Positions 55,615 to 64,000 of a stretch of DNA of 64,000 bases are shown here, one piece after another. Location: the NCBI GenBank assembly GCA_036488775.1, contig DASXHF010000186.1, positions 1,246 to 65,245 of the forward strand, read 5' to 3'. The first letter of the stretch is position 1. Each line of letters opens with the position of its first letter. The translations under genes were made by a program, and so were the position numbers. The DNA is from Gemmatimonadaceae bacterium (lineage in GTDB: Bacteria > Gemmatimonadota > Gemmatimonadetes > Gemmatimonadales > Gemmatimonadaceae). The notes beneath the pieces are model-generated. The model worked only from the letters and a program-made list of their open reading frames with translations, did not search any database and was not told the origin of the DNA.

Positions 55615-56760
55615 TCAGCGCGCGGGGGCCATCTCCCGGCCGAGCGTGGCGGTCTTCTTCGCCAACCCGGCGGTGAGCGAGTCGAAGCTCTTCTGGAAGC
55701 TCGCCAGCCCCTCGCGCAGGAGCTTGTCCGTCACGTCGCGCAGATCGATCCCGACCGCGGCGAGATCGGCCAGCGTCCGCCGCGCACCGTCGACGTCCTC
55801 GTCGACCGTGCGACGCACGTCGCCGTGATCGCGGAACGCTTCGATCAGCGCCGGCGGCATCGTGTTCACCGTGTCGGGCCCGATCAGCTGTTCGACGTAC
55901 ATCACGTCGCGGTACGCGGGATTCTTCACACCCGTGCTCGCCCACAGTGGACGCTGCACGCGAGCATTAGCGCCGCGAAAGCCCGCCCAGACCGGGGCGG
56001 AGAACTCGTCGCGGAAGAGCTGATAGGCGAGCTTCGCGTTCGCGATCGCCGCCTTGCCGCGCAGCGCGAGCACTCGATCCCGTTCCGCACCCGTCTTCGT
56101 CGCGGCGAGCGCATCGAGGCGCTTGTCCACCTCCGTGTCCACGCGGCTCACGAAGAACGACGCCACGGACGCCACGCGATCGACCGGCTTGCCCGCGGAC
56201 TGTCGGTCGCCGAGGCCGGCGACGTACGCGTGGATGACCCGTCGATGCGCATCGAGCGAGAAGAGCAGCGTGATGTTCACGTTGATCCCGTCGGCGATGA
56301 GCGCGCGCACGGCGATCGCTCCTTCGGTGGTGCCGGGCACCTTGATCATCACGTTCGGCCGGTCGACCATCGCCCACAGGCGCTGCGCCTCGGCGATCGT
56401 CGCCTGGGCGTCGTTGGCCGCGCCGGGCGACACCTCGATCGACACGTAGCCGTCGCCACCGTTCGTCGCCTCGTACACCGGCATGAAGACGTCGCACGCG
56501 TCCCGGACGTCGGTCGTCTCCACGAGCTCGAACAGCTCCAGCGCCGTCAGGCCGGCCGGGGCGGCGCGAAGCTGATCGTCGTATGCCGTTCCTTCTGCCA
56601 ACGCCTTCTCGAAGATCGTCGGATTCGACGTCATCCCGGTGAGCGCGTCGTTCTGGATTCGGCGAACGAGCTCACCGTTGCGAAGGATCGTGCGATCGAT
56701 GAAATCGAGCCAGATGGACTGGCCGGCGTCGTGCAGCCGCTGGAGGCGGTTCTGAGGCAT
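55615..56760 (-). CDS. tal: transaldolase (long form)
   Basis: ATG at 56760 gives MPQNRLQRLHDAGQSIWLDFIDR...TGMTSNPTIF...VSIEVSP...NVMIKVPGT...GINVN.TLLFS. Confidence 0.9.
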   Translation of the reverse strand: MPQNRLQRLHDAGQSIWLDFIDRTILRNGELVRRIQNDALTGMTSNPTIFEKALAEGTAYDDQLRAAPAGLTALELFELVETTDVRDACDVFMPVYEATNGGDGYVSIEVSPGAANDAQATIAEAQRLWAMVDRPNVMIKVPGTTEGAIAVRALIADGINVNITLLFSLDAHRRVIHAYVAGLGDRQSAGKPVDRVASVASFFVSRVDTEVDKRLDALAATKTGAERDRVLALRGKAAIANAKLAYQLFRDEFSAPVWAGFRGANARVQRPLWASTGVKNPAYRDVMYVEQLIGPDTVNTMPPALIEAFRDHGDVRRTVDEDVDGARRTLADLAAVGIDLRDVTDKLLREGLASFQKSFDSLTAGLAKKTATLGREMAPAR

Positions 56761-56864
56761 CGCGAGGGCTCGGTGATGTTCGGGTGAGCAGGCGCGTGGC
56801 GCGCGCCTGCCTCCCGGAAGATACACCGAGCGTCGGGCGACGTCAGCGTAGCGAGCGGAGCCGT

Positions 56865-58133
56865 CTATCGCCCACCGCGATACATGATGCGCCAGATGCG
56901 ACCGCCGGCGTCGTCAGCCACGTAGAGCGAGCCGTCCGGTCCGACGGCCAGTCCCGTGGGCCGATGCATGCTTCCGCCGGATCGGAATCCGTCAGCGAAC
57001 ACCTCGTACGGCCCGCTCGCGCTGCCGTTGCGCATCGGTTGGAACACGACGTTGAATCCTGCCTGCGGCAGCGGCGCGCGATTCCACGAGCCGTGAAACG
57101 CGATGAACGCGCCGCCCTGATAGCGTGCGGGGAAGCTCGTCCCGCTATAGAAGGCGAGTCCGTTCGGCGCCCAGTGTCCGGGATACGATGCGACGTTCCC
57201 CTTCATCGACGCGCAGCGCCCCACCTGCCGTCCGTCGCCGCCGTACTCGGGAGCGAGCACCTTCTGGCCAAGCTCTCGATCGAAGTAGCAGTATGGCCAG
57301 CCGAAGTCGTCGCCGCGCGCGACCTGGAACAACTCTTCGGCCGGCGTCTCGGCGCTCTTCGCCTCGGTGAACATCGCCGGCCAGTTCTGCGCCAGCTGGT
57401 CGCGGCCATGCTGCATGACGAAGAGCGCCCCGTTGGTCGGCGCGAGCGCCATCCCGACGGCGTTGCGAATGCCGGTGCCGAAGTGCACGCCGTCGCTCGG
57501 ACGCTGATGCAGGCGGTCCGCGCGGAAGAGCCAGATGCCGGCGCGCGATTCGCGCTCGACACACGGGTCGATGCCGCGCGCACCAGCCTGGCGGTCGCGC
57601 TCCTGACACGAGTTGGTGCGCGAGCCGATGTTGACGTAGAGGGAGCCGTCCTTCGCCAGCACGAACGTCTTCGCCGAATGGCCGCCGCCGGGCAGCCCCG
57701 CCACGACGGTGTCCGCCGGCCCCGACGGCGTCAGCGCACCGGCCGCGATCGGAAAGCGGAGGATCGCCGTCGTCGCGTCCGTGTACAGGTAGCCGCCCTG
57801 CAGCGCCACCTCGGACGAGCGGAACTGTCCGCCCCAGTCACGCCGGACGTCGGCTCGGCCATCGCCGGTCGTGTCGCGCAACCCGATCATGCCCGTCCCC
57901 ATCGACGACACGAAGAGGTCGCCGTTCCGCAGCACGACGAGGTGCCGCGGCTGCGGGAGCTTGTCGGCCACGACGAGGGCGCAGAAACCGGCCGGCAGCG
58001 TGAGGCCGCCGTTGTCGGCGTCGCAGGCCGGCGCCGCGCTGAGCGCCGCCCTCTCGTGGTTTGGCGAGCGTGGCGAGGAAGCCCCGCCTGCGAGGAGCGC
58101 CAACACAGGCAGCACGACGACAGCACGATTCAT
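56865..58133 (-). CDS. PQQ-dependent sugar (glucose/sorbosone) dehydrogenase-like beta-propeller protein
   Basis: Signal peptide. GFCALVVADKLPQPRHLVVLRNGDLFV...GIRNAVGMA...HGRDQL...DDFGWPYCY...PTGLAVGPDGSLYV is the pattern of soluble quinoprotein dehydrogenases. Confidence 0.7.
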   Translation of the reverse strand: MNRAVVVLPVLALLAGGASSPRSPNHERAALSAAPACDADNGGLTLPAGFCALVVADKLPQPRHLVVLRNGDLFVSSMGTGMIGLRDTTGDGRADVRRDWGGQFRSSEVALQGGYLYTDATTAILRFPIAAGALTPSGPADTVVAGLPGGGHSAKTFVLAKDGSLYVNIGSRTNSCQERDRQAGARGIDPCVERESRAGIWLFRADRLHQRPSDGVHFGTGIRNAVGMALAPTNGALFVMQHGRDQLAQNWPAMFTEAKSAETPAEELFQVARGDDFGWPYCYFDRELGQKVLAPEYGGDGRQVGRCASMKGNVASYPGHWAPNGLAFYSGTSFPARYQGGAFIAFHGSWNRAPLPQAGFNVVFQPMRNGSASGPYEVFADGFRSGGSMHRPTGLAVGPDGSLYVADDAGGRIWRIMYRGGR

Positions 58134-58190
58134 CTCTCTACATCTCCATGATTGTTGGCGATGATCAGGGCACGACGCGGTGCGCTCGGC

Positions 58191-58643
58191 TCACTGCGTC
58201 GGCGGTTTGTTCCCGGTCCCGCCGCTGCCGCTCGCCGCGCCGCGGCCGCGCAGGCCCACGGTGATCCCGGCAATGCCGGCGGCGGCGAGCCCTCCCGCGA
58301 AGGTCGAGCGCGCGGCCGAGAAGCGCCGCTCGGCGACGGAAGCAGCGAGCGTGTGGGGCACCGAGACCTGCTCGCCACGCCAATCGATCTCGCTTCCGCT
58401 ACGCGTCCGGGTGAGCGCCATCGCGAGGACGTATGTCCCCAACGAGTCGGCGAGCAGCGTTCCTTCGATCGCGTCCGTGGACGGACCGATCCGCGACGCG
58501 AGGACGACCATCCCGGAATCGGTGAGCACCAGCTGGATTCGCTGCCCGACGAGCGCAGCGGTGTCGCGCGCCGGCAGGTACTCGTAGCAGCCCAGCCCGA
58601 AGAGCATTGCGAGGGCGAGCACTGGTCTGACACGTTGACGCAT
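58191..58643 (-). CDS. hypothetical secreted protein or lipoprotein
   Basis: MRQRVRPVLALAMLFGLGC is a non-canonical lipobox. 150 aa with a Gly-rich C-terminal tail. Confidence 0.5.
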   Translation of the reverse strand: MRQRVRPVLALAMLFGLGCYEYLPARDTAALVGQRIQLVLTDSGMVVLASRIGPSTDAIEGTLLADSLGTYVLAMALTRTRSGSEIDWRGEQVSVPHTLAASVAERRFSAARSTFAGGLAAAGIAGITVGLRGRGAASGSGGTGNKPPTQ

Positions 58644-58701
58644 GAGGGTCCTCGAGACAGGTGCGAATTGAGACAGGCGTCGGGCGAGGTCAGCGAACGA
58701 A

Positions 58702-58742
58702 AGCTACGCGGGGGACGCCACATCGGCGTCCCCCGCGTAGCT
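58702..58742 (-). terminator. 18-bp perfect hairpin downstream of the SusD-like gene
   Basis: AGCTACGCGGGGGACGCC (58702-58719) pairs with GGCGTCCCCCGCGTAGCT (58725-58742), with a 5-nt loop. On the minus strand it is followed by TTTCGTTCG. It lies 25 nt after the stop at 58767. Confidence 0.65.
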
Positions 58743-58766
58743 ACTCGTCACCACACGCACCGCGGG

Positions 58767-60125
58767 TCAGCTGGTCGGGCACGCGGCCGGATCGTTCGCG
58801 TTTCGGGCCGTGAGCAATGCTGCCTCGGCCGGCACGTTCGGGTTCGTTTGCTTCTCCGTCGTGCCGTAGAAGAACCGGCCCGGCACCGCCGTGAACGCGT
58901 CGGCCGTCGGAACCAGGCGCGGATAGCAGGTGCGCTTGAAGTCGTTCCACGTCTCCACGTTCTGGAACAGGTTGATGTACTTCTCCTCCATGATCGACTG
59001 CAGCGTCGCCGGCTTGGACGCTTTTCCATACTTGGCTCGGACCGCGTCGAGCAGCGTCTGCGCCGCCGGCACGTTGCCGAGCTGGAAGTTCGCCTCCGCC
59101 TTGATCAACTGGTTCTCCTCCCAGTTCAAGAAAGGCTGTGGAAAGGTGGGGTCGGTCGTCCGCCCCGAGTTCGCGATCGGCGATACGACCTTGGGGTCGT
59201 TGAGCGACTTCGGATCCTGACCCCCGTACCCGCCATTCGCGTTCTTGCCGAAATAGTCGGGCAGGCGTGGATCGTTGTCGGCGATCATCAGGTCGGCCAG
59301 CCGCGCACCGGCCACGAGATCGTTGCCGAACGACGACAGTTGGAACTGGAACCACAGGTTGCGCTCCGACGTGTTCGTCGTGTGCACCCCGTGAAAGTCG
59401 TCGCTGCCGTCAGCTGCGTTGATTCCGAGATTCGCCTGGGCCAGGGCCTGGGCGTACGGCGCGTTGCCGAGCTTCTCGATCGTCCGCAGGTACAACCGCG
59501 CCTTGAGGGAGTGCGCGAGCTTCGTCCACTTCGACTTGTCGCCGCCGTAGAAGATGTCGAAGCGGCTCGGTCCCAATCCCGCGCCGGCGAGGTCCGTGAT
59601 GGCCTTGTCCAGCAGTGTCTGCAGTGAGGCGTAGATCGCCATCTGGTCGTCGAACTTCGAATCCGTCTTGCCCACGGCGAAGTCGCTGTACGGAACGGAT
59701 CCCCAGATGTCGGCGGCCCACATCATGTTCACCGCCTCGAGCACCTCGGCGACGCCGCGATAGACGAGGTCGTTGTCAGCGGTCGCCTCGTCCTCGATCT
59801 GGCGAATCGCGATCAGCCCACCACCGGTGTAGATCTCGTTGAAGGTGAGGTTGAAGCTCGAGCCCGTGATGTTGTACTTGTTGTATTCCTCGACGAACCG
59901 ACCCGCGGTGCCGGCGCATTGCTGCATCCATTCGCACACCGCCATCGCCACGCCGCCCTCTTGTTCGTCCATGATGTTCGCCGCCACGCCGGGCAGCAAC
60001 GTGTTGCGGCTGGCGGTCGTCGGCTGGTTCGGATCGTTGACCGCCTTGGTGGAGTTCAGAAAGTCGTTACACGCAGCCGTCCCGAGAAACAGGACAAGAC
60101 TGGTCAGCAGTGCTTTGCGTCGCAT
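58767..60125 (-). CDS. SusD/RagB-family nutrient-binding outer membrane lipoprotein
   Basis: MRRKALLTSLVLFLGTAAC is a lipoprotein signal. A TPR-like helical pattern is present (RGVAEVLEAVNMMWAADIWGSVPY). The gene lies immediately downstream of the SusC-like gene (18-nt gap). Confidence 0.8.
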   Translation of the reverse strand: MRRKALLTSLVLFLGTAACNDFLNSTKAVNDPNQPTTASRNTLLPGVAANIMDEQEGGVAMAVCEWMQQCAGTAGRFVEEYNKYNITGSSFNLTFNEIYTGGGLIAIRQIEDEATADNDLVYRGVAEVLEAVNMMWAADIWGSVPYSDFAVGKTDSKFDDQMAIYASLQTLLDKAITDLAGAGLGPSRFDIFYGGDKSKWTKLAHSLKARLYLRTIEKLGNAPYAQALAQANLGINAADGSDDFHGVHTTNTSERNLWFQFQLSSFGNDLVAGARLADLMIADNDPRLPDYFGKNANGGYGGQDPKSLNDPKVVSPIANSGRTTDPTFPQPFLNWEENQLIKAEANFQLGNVPAAQTLLDAVRAKYGKASKPATLQSIMEEKYINLFQNVETWNDFKRTCYPRLVPTADAFTAVPGRFFYGTTEKQTNPNVPAEAALLTARNANDPAACPTS

Positions 60126-60143
60126 GTGTGATCGTCTCGTCTG

Positions 60144-63100
60144 TTAGCGGTTCAGAGCAACGGTGATGACGAACGAGCGGGTCTGCGGCAGGTTGAAGTA
60201 GTCGGCGCCGCCCACCTTGCTGATCGCGCCACCGAGGCTCGTCTCGGGATCCAGTCCTGAGTACTTGGTCCACGTGTGGAGGTTGCGTCCCGACAGGCGC
60301 AGGTCCAGGCTGGTCAAGCCCATGAGGCGGCTCACCCAGGGATTGTCGAAGGAGTAGGCGACCGAGATCTCACGCAGCTTGACGTAGCCGCCGTCCTCGA
60401 TGCACTGCTCGTCGATGCCCGTGAACGGGCACGGCGCGATCGAGTTGCGATACCAGTTCTCGCCGATCGGAATGGCGACGCCGGCGCCAGGCCCGGTGAC
60501 CGGTCCCGGATACCAGTTCGCATCGCCGAAAGTGTGGACGTTGCCGGTGCAGCTCGCCGTCGACGGCCCGGTGCAGATGGCCCGGTTGGCCGTCTCCGCG
60601 TGCGTGCCGTAGCTCCAGAGTGCTCCCTTCGTCCCGTTGTGGATGTCGCCACCCTTGCGGATGTCGAGCAGCCCGGACAGCGACATCTTCTTGTAGCGGT
60701 AGTTCGTCCGGACGTTGCCCGTCCACTTTGGATTGGGATTGCCGAGCACGCGCTGCTGCAGCTGCTCCCCGCACGGCATGCCGCGATCGCTCGACGTGCA
60801 CTCCGAGCCGCTGCTGATGTACAGCGTGCCGGTCGGCTTGCCGGCGCAGGCGGCGACCAGCCCCGGCACTTCATCCGGGTTGCTCAGGCCGCAGCGCACC
60901 ATGCCGTAGCCGTAGATCACGCCAAGCGGAGCGCCCTTGAGCGCGACGATGTTGACCGTCGCGTTGTCGATGGTCAGATACTCGGCGCCGGCGATGTCCA
61001 CGACGAGCGATTGATTGCGCGCCCACCCGAAGCCCACGTCCCACGCCTGGTTGACCGTGGTGAACGGCCGCAGGTTGAGCGAGAGCTCGGTGCCGCTGTT
61101 GTTGATCACCGCCGCGTTCTTCGCTTCGCTCGAATACCCCGAGGACGGCGTCGTGGGCGTGACGAGGATCGCGTCGGTCGTCCGCTGCCGGTAGAACGTG
61201 GCGCTGAAGTCCGCCTTGTCGCCCCAGAAGCCGACGTCGAATCCGCCTTCGTTCTCGCGGGTCCGCTCCGGCTTCAGCGTCGACGCCGGACGCGTCACGT
61301 TGTAGAACACGCCGCCCTGCCCACTCTGCGTCGGCGACAGACCGGTGCCCTGCGAGATTCCCGAGCTCACCCCCGACAGGTTGTACGTGAGCGAGGTGAG
61401 ATACGGCTGCGGCTCCTGTCCCGCCTCGCCGTACGAGTAGCGCAGCTTCAGCGACGTCAACCAGGACAACATCGACGGGTGGTAGACCTGCAGCGGATTC
61501 CACGCCAGGCTCGCCTTCGGGAACCAGTTGCGCTTGTTGGCGGACCCGAACGTCGACGAGCCGTCGTTGCGCATCGCCGCGGTGAGATAGAGCTGCTGGA
61601 ACAGATCGAACGTCGCCTGCCCGAAGTACGACTCGTCGTGAATCTGCGTCTGGTAGTCGCTCGACGGATCGCGCGCGAGCGTGTTGCTGATGCTGAACAG
61701 GTTCGGCACGATCATCCCGCGACCCACCGTCGAGAACGTGCGATAGCTGCGGGAGTTGAGGTTCTGCCCGAGCGTCACGTTGCCGCCCAGATTGTCGTTC
61801 AGGTGCCAGGTGCCGGTCGCCGTCAAGTTATGATCGATCGAGTAGTTGATCAGCTTCCCTTCGGTGATCCGTCCGCCGGCCGCCACGTCGGAGCATTCCT
61901 GCGGACAGGCCTCGAGCCGCTCGTCGTTCGAGTAGTCGCCGCCGAGCGAGTAATTGAACTTGAGCCAGTTCAGCGCGACCCAGTCGGCTGTGACGTTGCC
62001 GAGCGAGCGGTTCGCCTGCTGCTGGTTCAGCTCCTCGTACAGCGAATAGATCGGATTGTTGAAGCCGCGCGTCAGCCCCGCCGACGCGACCGCCGGCTCT
62101 TGCAGCCGATACGAGCGGTGCAGCCCGGTCACCGGATCGAGATATGGGAAGTTGTTGAAGTCCGGCGGCGTGCGCAGCAGACCGAGGAGCAGTCCGTTCA
62201 CGTTGTTGCCGCGCTGAGTGAAGTGCCCGCGCGAGTCGGCGTAGGAGAAGTTGCCGCCCACGTTGAACGTCTCGGTCAACTTGTGCGACGCGTTGAGCCG
62301 GACCGTCGAGCGATCGTAATAGTTGTTCGGTCCGATGAAGATGCCGTTGTTCTTGTTCAGGTTGCCCGACAGATAGAACGTCGTGCGCTCGTTGCCGCCG
62401 GACATCGAGAGCACATTGTCGTTGACGTGCCCGGTGCGGAATGCTTCACTCGAGTGGTCGTAGACCGGCCCGCTGACCGCCGGTCCCCACGAGCGGTTGC
62501 ACGAGCCCGGAGCGAGATCGACGCTCGACGTGAAGCACGCAGACGAGACGGTGTTGCGCTGCCCCTGGCCGAACGACGTCTGCAACGGGTACTTCCGCGA
62601 AATGTCGTCGAAAGAATATCCGCTTCGCAGGTTGTAGCGCGTGAGTCCCGCGTGCCCGCGCTTGGTGGTGATCAGGACCACACCGTTGGCCGCGCGCGAG
62701 CCGTAGATGGCGCCCGCCGCGGCACCCTTCAGGATCTCGATGCTCTCGATGTCGTCGGGGTTGATGTCCGACAAGCGATTCGGCGCCGAGGTGCCTTCGA
62801 TCTCGCCGCCGACGTTCTGCCCCGCCTGCTGACCCGGCAGTGCGCCGGCGTCGATCGGGTTCAGGTTCGTCGTCGACTGCGTCGAGTTGTCGACGGGAAG
62901 ACCGTCGATCACGAACAGCGGCTGCGCACTCCCGCTGATGGTGCGGAGACCGCGGATCTTGATCAGCGACGACGCGCCGGGATCACCCGAGGACGACGTC
63001 ACGTCGACGCCGGGCGCCTTTGCGGCGAGCGCTTGCACGAGGTTGCTCTCGTTCGACTTGACGATGAGATCGGCCGGCACCGAGTTGCGGACGTTGCCCA

Positions 63101-63491
63101 GCTTCTCGACTTCGGTGGCCGTACCGGCGCCGGTGATGACGACCTCGCCGAGCTGCAGCGGATTGGACTCGAGCGCGAAGTCCTGGGTGATGGCGCCGGG
63201 CACGAGCGTGATGCGCACCGAGCGTGGCTTGTATCCGACTCGGCGCGCGGTAAGGGTCGTGGGCTGGCGATTCACACGCGCTGCGGGGACGACGAGCGTG
63301 TATCGTCCGTCATCGCGCGTGAGGGTACCGATCCCGAGCTCGGTGAGCACGATGGCCACCGCGACCTGCGGTGATCCGCTCTCACTGGTGACGCGTCCGG
63401 TGATCGTTGCGCCCTCTTGGGCAAGTGCGGTCGAGCCAAGAACGGCGAGCAAACCTCCGGGAACGACGATACAGCGCAGGAACTGTCGCAT
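60144..63491 (-). CDS. SusC/RagA-family TonB-linked outer membrane protein
   Basis: ATG at 63491 is preceded by GGAGGAGG. Signal peptide MRQFLRCIVVPGGLLAVLGSTALAQ, CarboxypepD_reg (ITGRVTSESGSPQ...GRYTLVVP), plug (IESIEILKGAAAGAIYGSRAANGVVLITTK) and a large barrel. 1115 aa. Confidence 0.85.
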   Translation of the reverse strand: MRQFLRCIVVPGGLLAVLGSTALAQEGATITGRVTSESGSPQVAVAIVLTELGIGTLTRDDGRYTLVVPAARVNRQPTTLTARRVGYKPRSVRITLVPGAITQDFALESNPLQLGEVVITGAGTATEVEKLGNVRNSVPADLIVKSNESNLVQALAAKAPGVDVTSSSGDPGASSLIKIRGLRTISGSAQPLFVIDGLPVDNSTQSTTNLNPIDAGALPGQQAGQNVGGEIEGTSAPNRLSDINPDDIESIEILKGAAAGAIYGSRAANGVVLITTKRGHAGLTRYNLRSGYSFDDISRKYPLQTSFGQGQRNTVSSACFTSSVDLAPGSCNRSWGPAVSGPVYDHSSEAFRTGHVNDNVLSMSGGNERTTFYLSGNLNKNNGIFIGPNNYYDRSTVRLNASHKLTETFNVGGNFSYADSRGHFTQRGNNVNGLLLGLLRTPPDFNNFPYLDPVTGLHRSYRLQEPAVASAGLTRGFNNPIYSLYEELNQQQANRSLGNVTADWVALNWLKFNYSLGGDYSNDERLEACPQECSDVAAGGRITEGKLINYSIDHNLTATGTWHLNDNLGGNVTLGQNLNSRSYRTFSTVGRGMIVPNLFSISNTLARDPSSDYQTQIHDESYFGQATFDLFQQLYLTAAMRNDGSSTFGSANKRNWFPKASLAWNPLQVYHPSMLSWLTSLKLRYSYGEAGQEPQPYLTSLTYNLSGVSSGISQGTGLSPTQSGQGGVFYNVTRPASTLKPERTRENEGGFDVGFWGDKADFSATFYRQRTTDAILVTPTTPSSGYSSEAKNAAVINNSGTELSLNLRPFTTVNQAWDVGFGWARNQSLVVDIAGAEYLTIDNATVNIVALKGAPLGVIYGYGMVRCGLSNPDEVPGLVAACAGKPTGTLYISSGSECTSSDRGMPCGEQLQQRVLGNPNPKWTGNVRTNYRYKKMSLSGLLDIRKGGDIHNGTKGALWSYGTHAETANRAICTGPSTASCTGNVHTFGDANWYPGPVTGPGAGVAIPIGENWYRNSIAPCPFTGIDEQCIEDGGYVKLREISVAYSFDNPWVSRLMGLTSLDLRLSGRNLHTWTKYSGLDPETSLGGAISKVGGADYFNLPQTRSFVITVALNR

Positions 63492-64000
63492 GCCTCCTCC
63501 AAGAGAACCGGTGGGTGGAGAGAGAACGGAACGGTGCACTGAGTGCAGATTGTCCTGAGCGCGCGCTTCATCGCGGCGTCGGCGAAGCCAGGTGAACCAC
63601 CCGCCGATTAGCGAACGGGTCACTTGCGCCATCATGCGACCACAACGGCGCAACGGCAAGGAGGCGGGTGCACGTGTTGCGCGGCGCGGGGCGGCGCGAC
63701 GACGGCTGCATGGCGGGGCGCGGCGCATGGCGCGGGGCAGCGGGGCGCGGCGCCGCGCATCATTTAGTGCTCCCTTGACTCCAAATGTTTAGCGGCACGG
63801 ATGAGGTGTGTCCCACGACGACATGACCCGAGGGACTCGCATTCGCGACCACAACCGATCACCTTTCGTGCGACGCGCTGACCAGTCGCGACGCCGCGAC
63901 CCCGCACGACAGCATGCCGACATGTCGTTCCCCGCCCCGCTCGCGTGACCCGAGCGGCAGTCGCGGGGTGTGGTGAGAATGGCGTATCGCTCGAACTCGT

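Noticed and set aside
56790-56815. A GC-rich hairpin GCAGGCGCG-TGGCG-CGCGCCTGC between the PQQ-dehydrogenase-like gene and tal, which could be a terminator.
   Set aside because: It has only a 9-bp stem and no U-tract on the relevant strand. It is plausible but not supportable as a terminator from sequence alone.
63492-63728. N-terminal extensions of listed ORFs: SusC to 63728, pyk to 55945, ybaB to 43099, dnaX to 44898, the aldehyde dehydrogenase from 16036, tal to 56826, grpE to 38449, pgsA to 40574, and the secreted protein to 3429.
   Set aside because: The extensions are Arg/Pro-rich and lack family similarity, and several overlap neighbouring genes. Internal starts coincide with the conserved N-termini of the families and, in several cases, with Shine-Dalgarno-like sequences.
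63775-64000. An open minus-strand frame entering from the right window edge (about 75 codons), and a possible plus-strand ATG at about 63980.
   Set aside because: The translation is Arg/Gly/Cys-rich with mixed third-position composition. It has no motif and is too short to judge at the window edge.

Overview
GC-rich (about two-thirds G+C by eye, not computed) bacterial chromosomal segment, densely coding. I call about 56 protein genes, one SRP RNA, two hairpin terminators and several intergenic inverted repeats. I saw no rRNA, tRNA, CRISPR array, transposase, integrase or phage genes. All family calls come from motif recognition in the supplied translations; no alignments or searches were run. 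Gene content (Oar-like and SusC/SusD-like outer-membrane proteins, TolC/MacA/MacB-type efflux with several FtsX permeases, MglA/MglB, bacillithiol BshB1) suggests a diderm such as Gemmatimonadota or Acidobacteriota; this is inference only. Layout: three tandem secreted HEAT-repeat paralogs (1-2392); envelope genes plus a radical SAM gene (2.4-7.1 kb); a giant Oar-like barrel (7.2-10.9 kb); an ABC1 kinase and an AsnC-like fusion protein; a tandem pseudokinase-kinase (14.5-16.3 kb); an aldehyde dehydrogenase; a 1343-aa membrane histidine kinase; a TolC-MFP-ATPase locus with four permeases (22.7-31.5 kb); bshB1-kynA-kynB; a cysteine desulfurase with mnmA; a four-helix-bundle (23S-IVS/Avd-type) gene enclosed by long inverted repeats; a long minus-strand array ffs-dnaX-ybaB-recR-orf-mglB-mglA-pgsA-cinA-grpE-dnaJ; ltaE; a YihY protein, a YtxH protein, a sigma-54 activator and a degenerate histidine-kinase-like gene coupled to fba; pgi, pyk and tal; a PQQ-type dehydrogenase; and a SusC/SusD pair. 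The most noteworthy observations are: the ORF-in-a-stem four-helix-bundle cassette; the single-chain pseudokinase-kinase; the outer-membrane barrel with a C-terminal LTXXQ (Spy/CpxP-like) tail; the A-B-A'-B' permease duplication behind one ATPase; mglBA embedded in the recR-pgsA operon, with an insertion in MglA; and word-built intergenic inverted repeats. I found nothing that clearly amounts to a complete novel multi-gene system; the novelty claims here are hypotheses.
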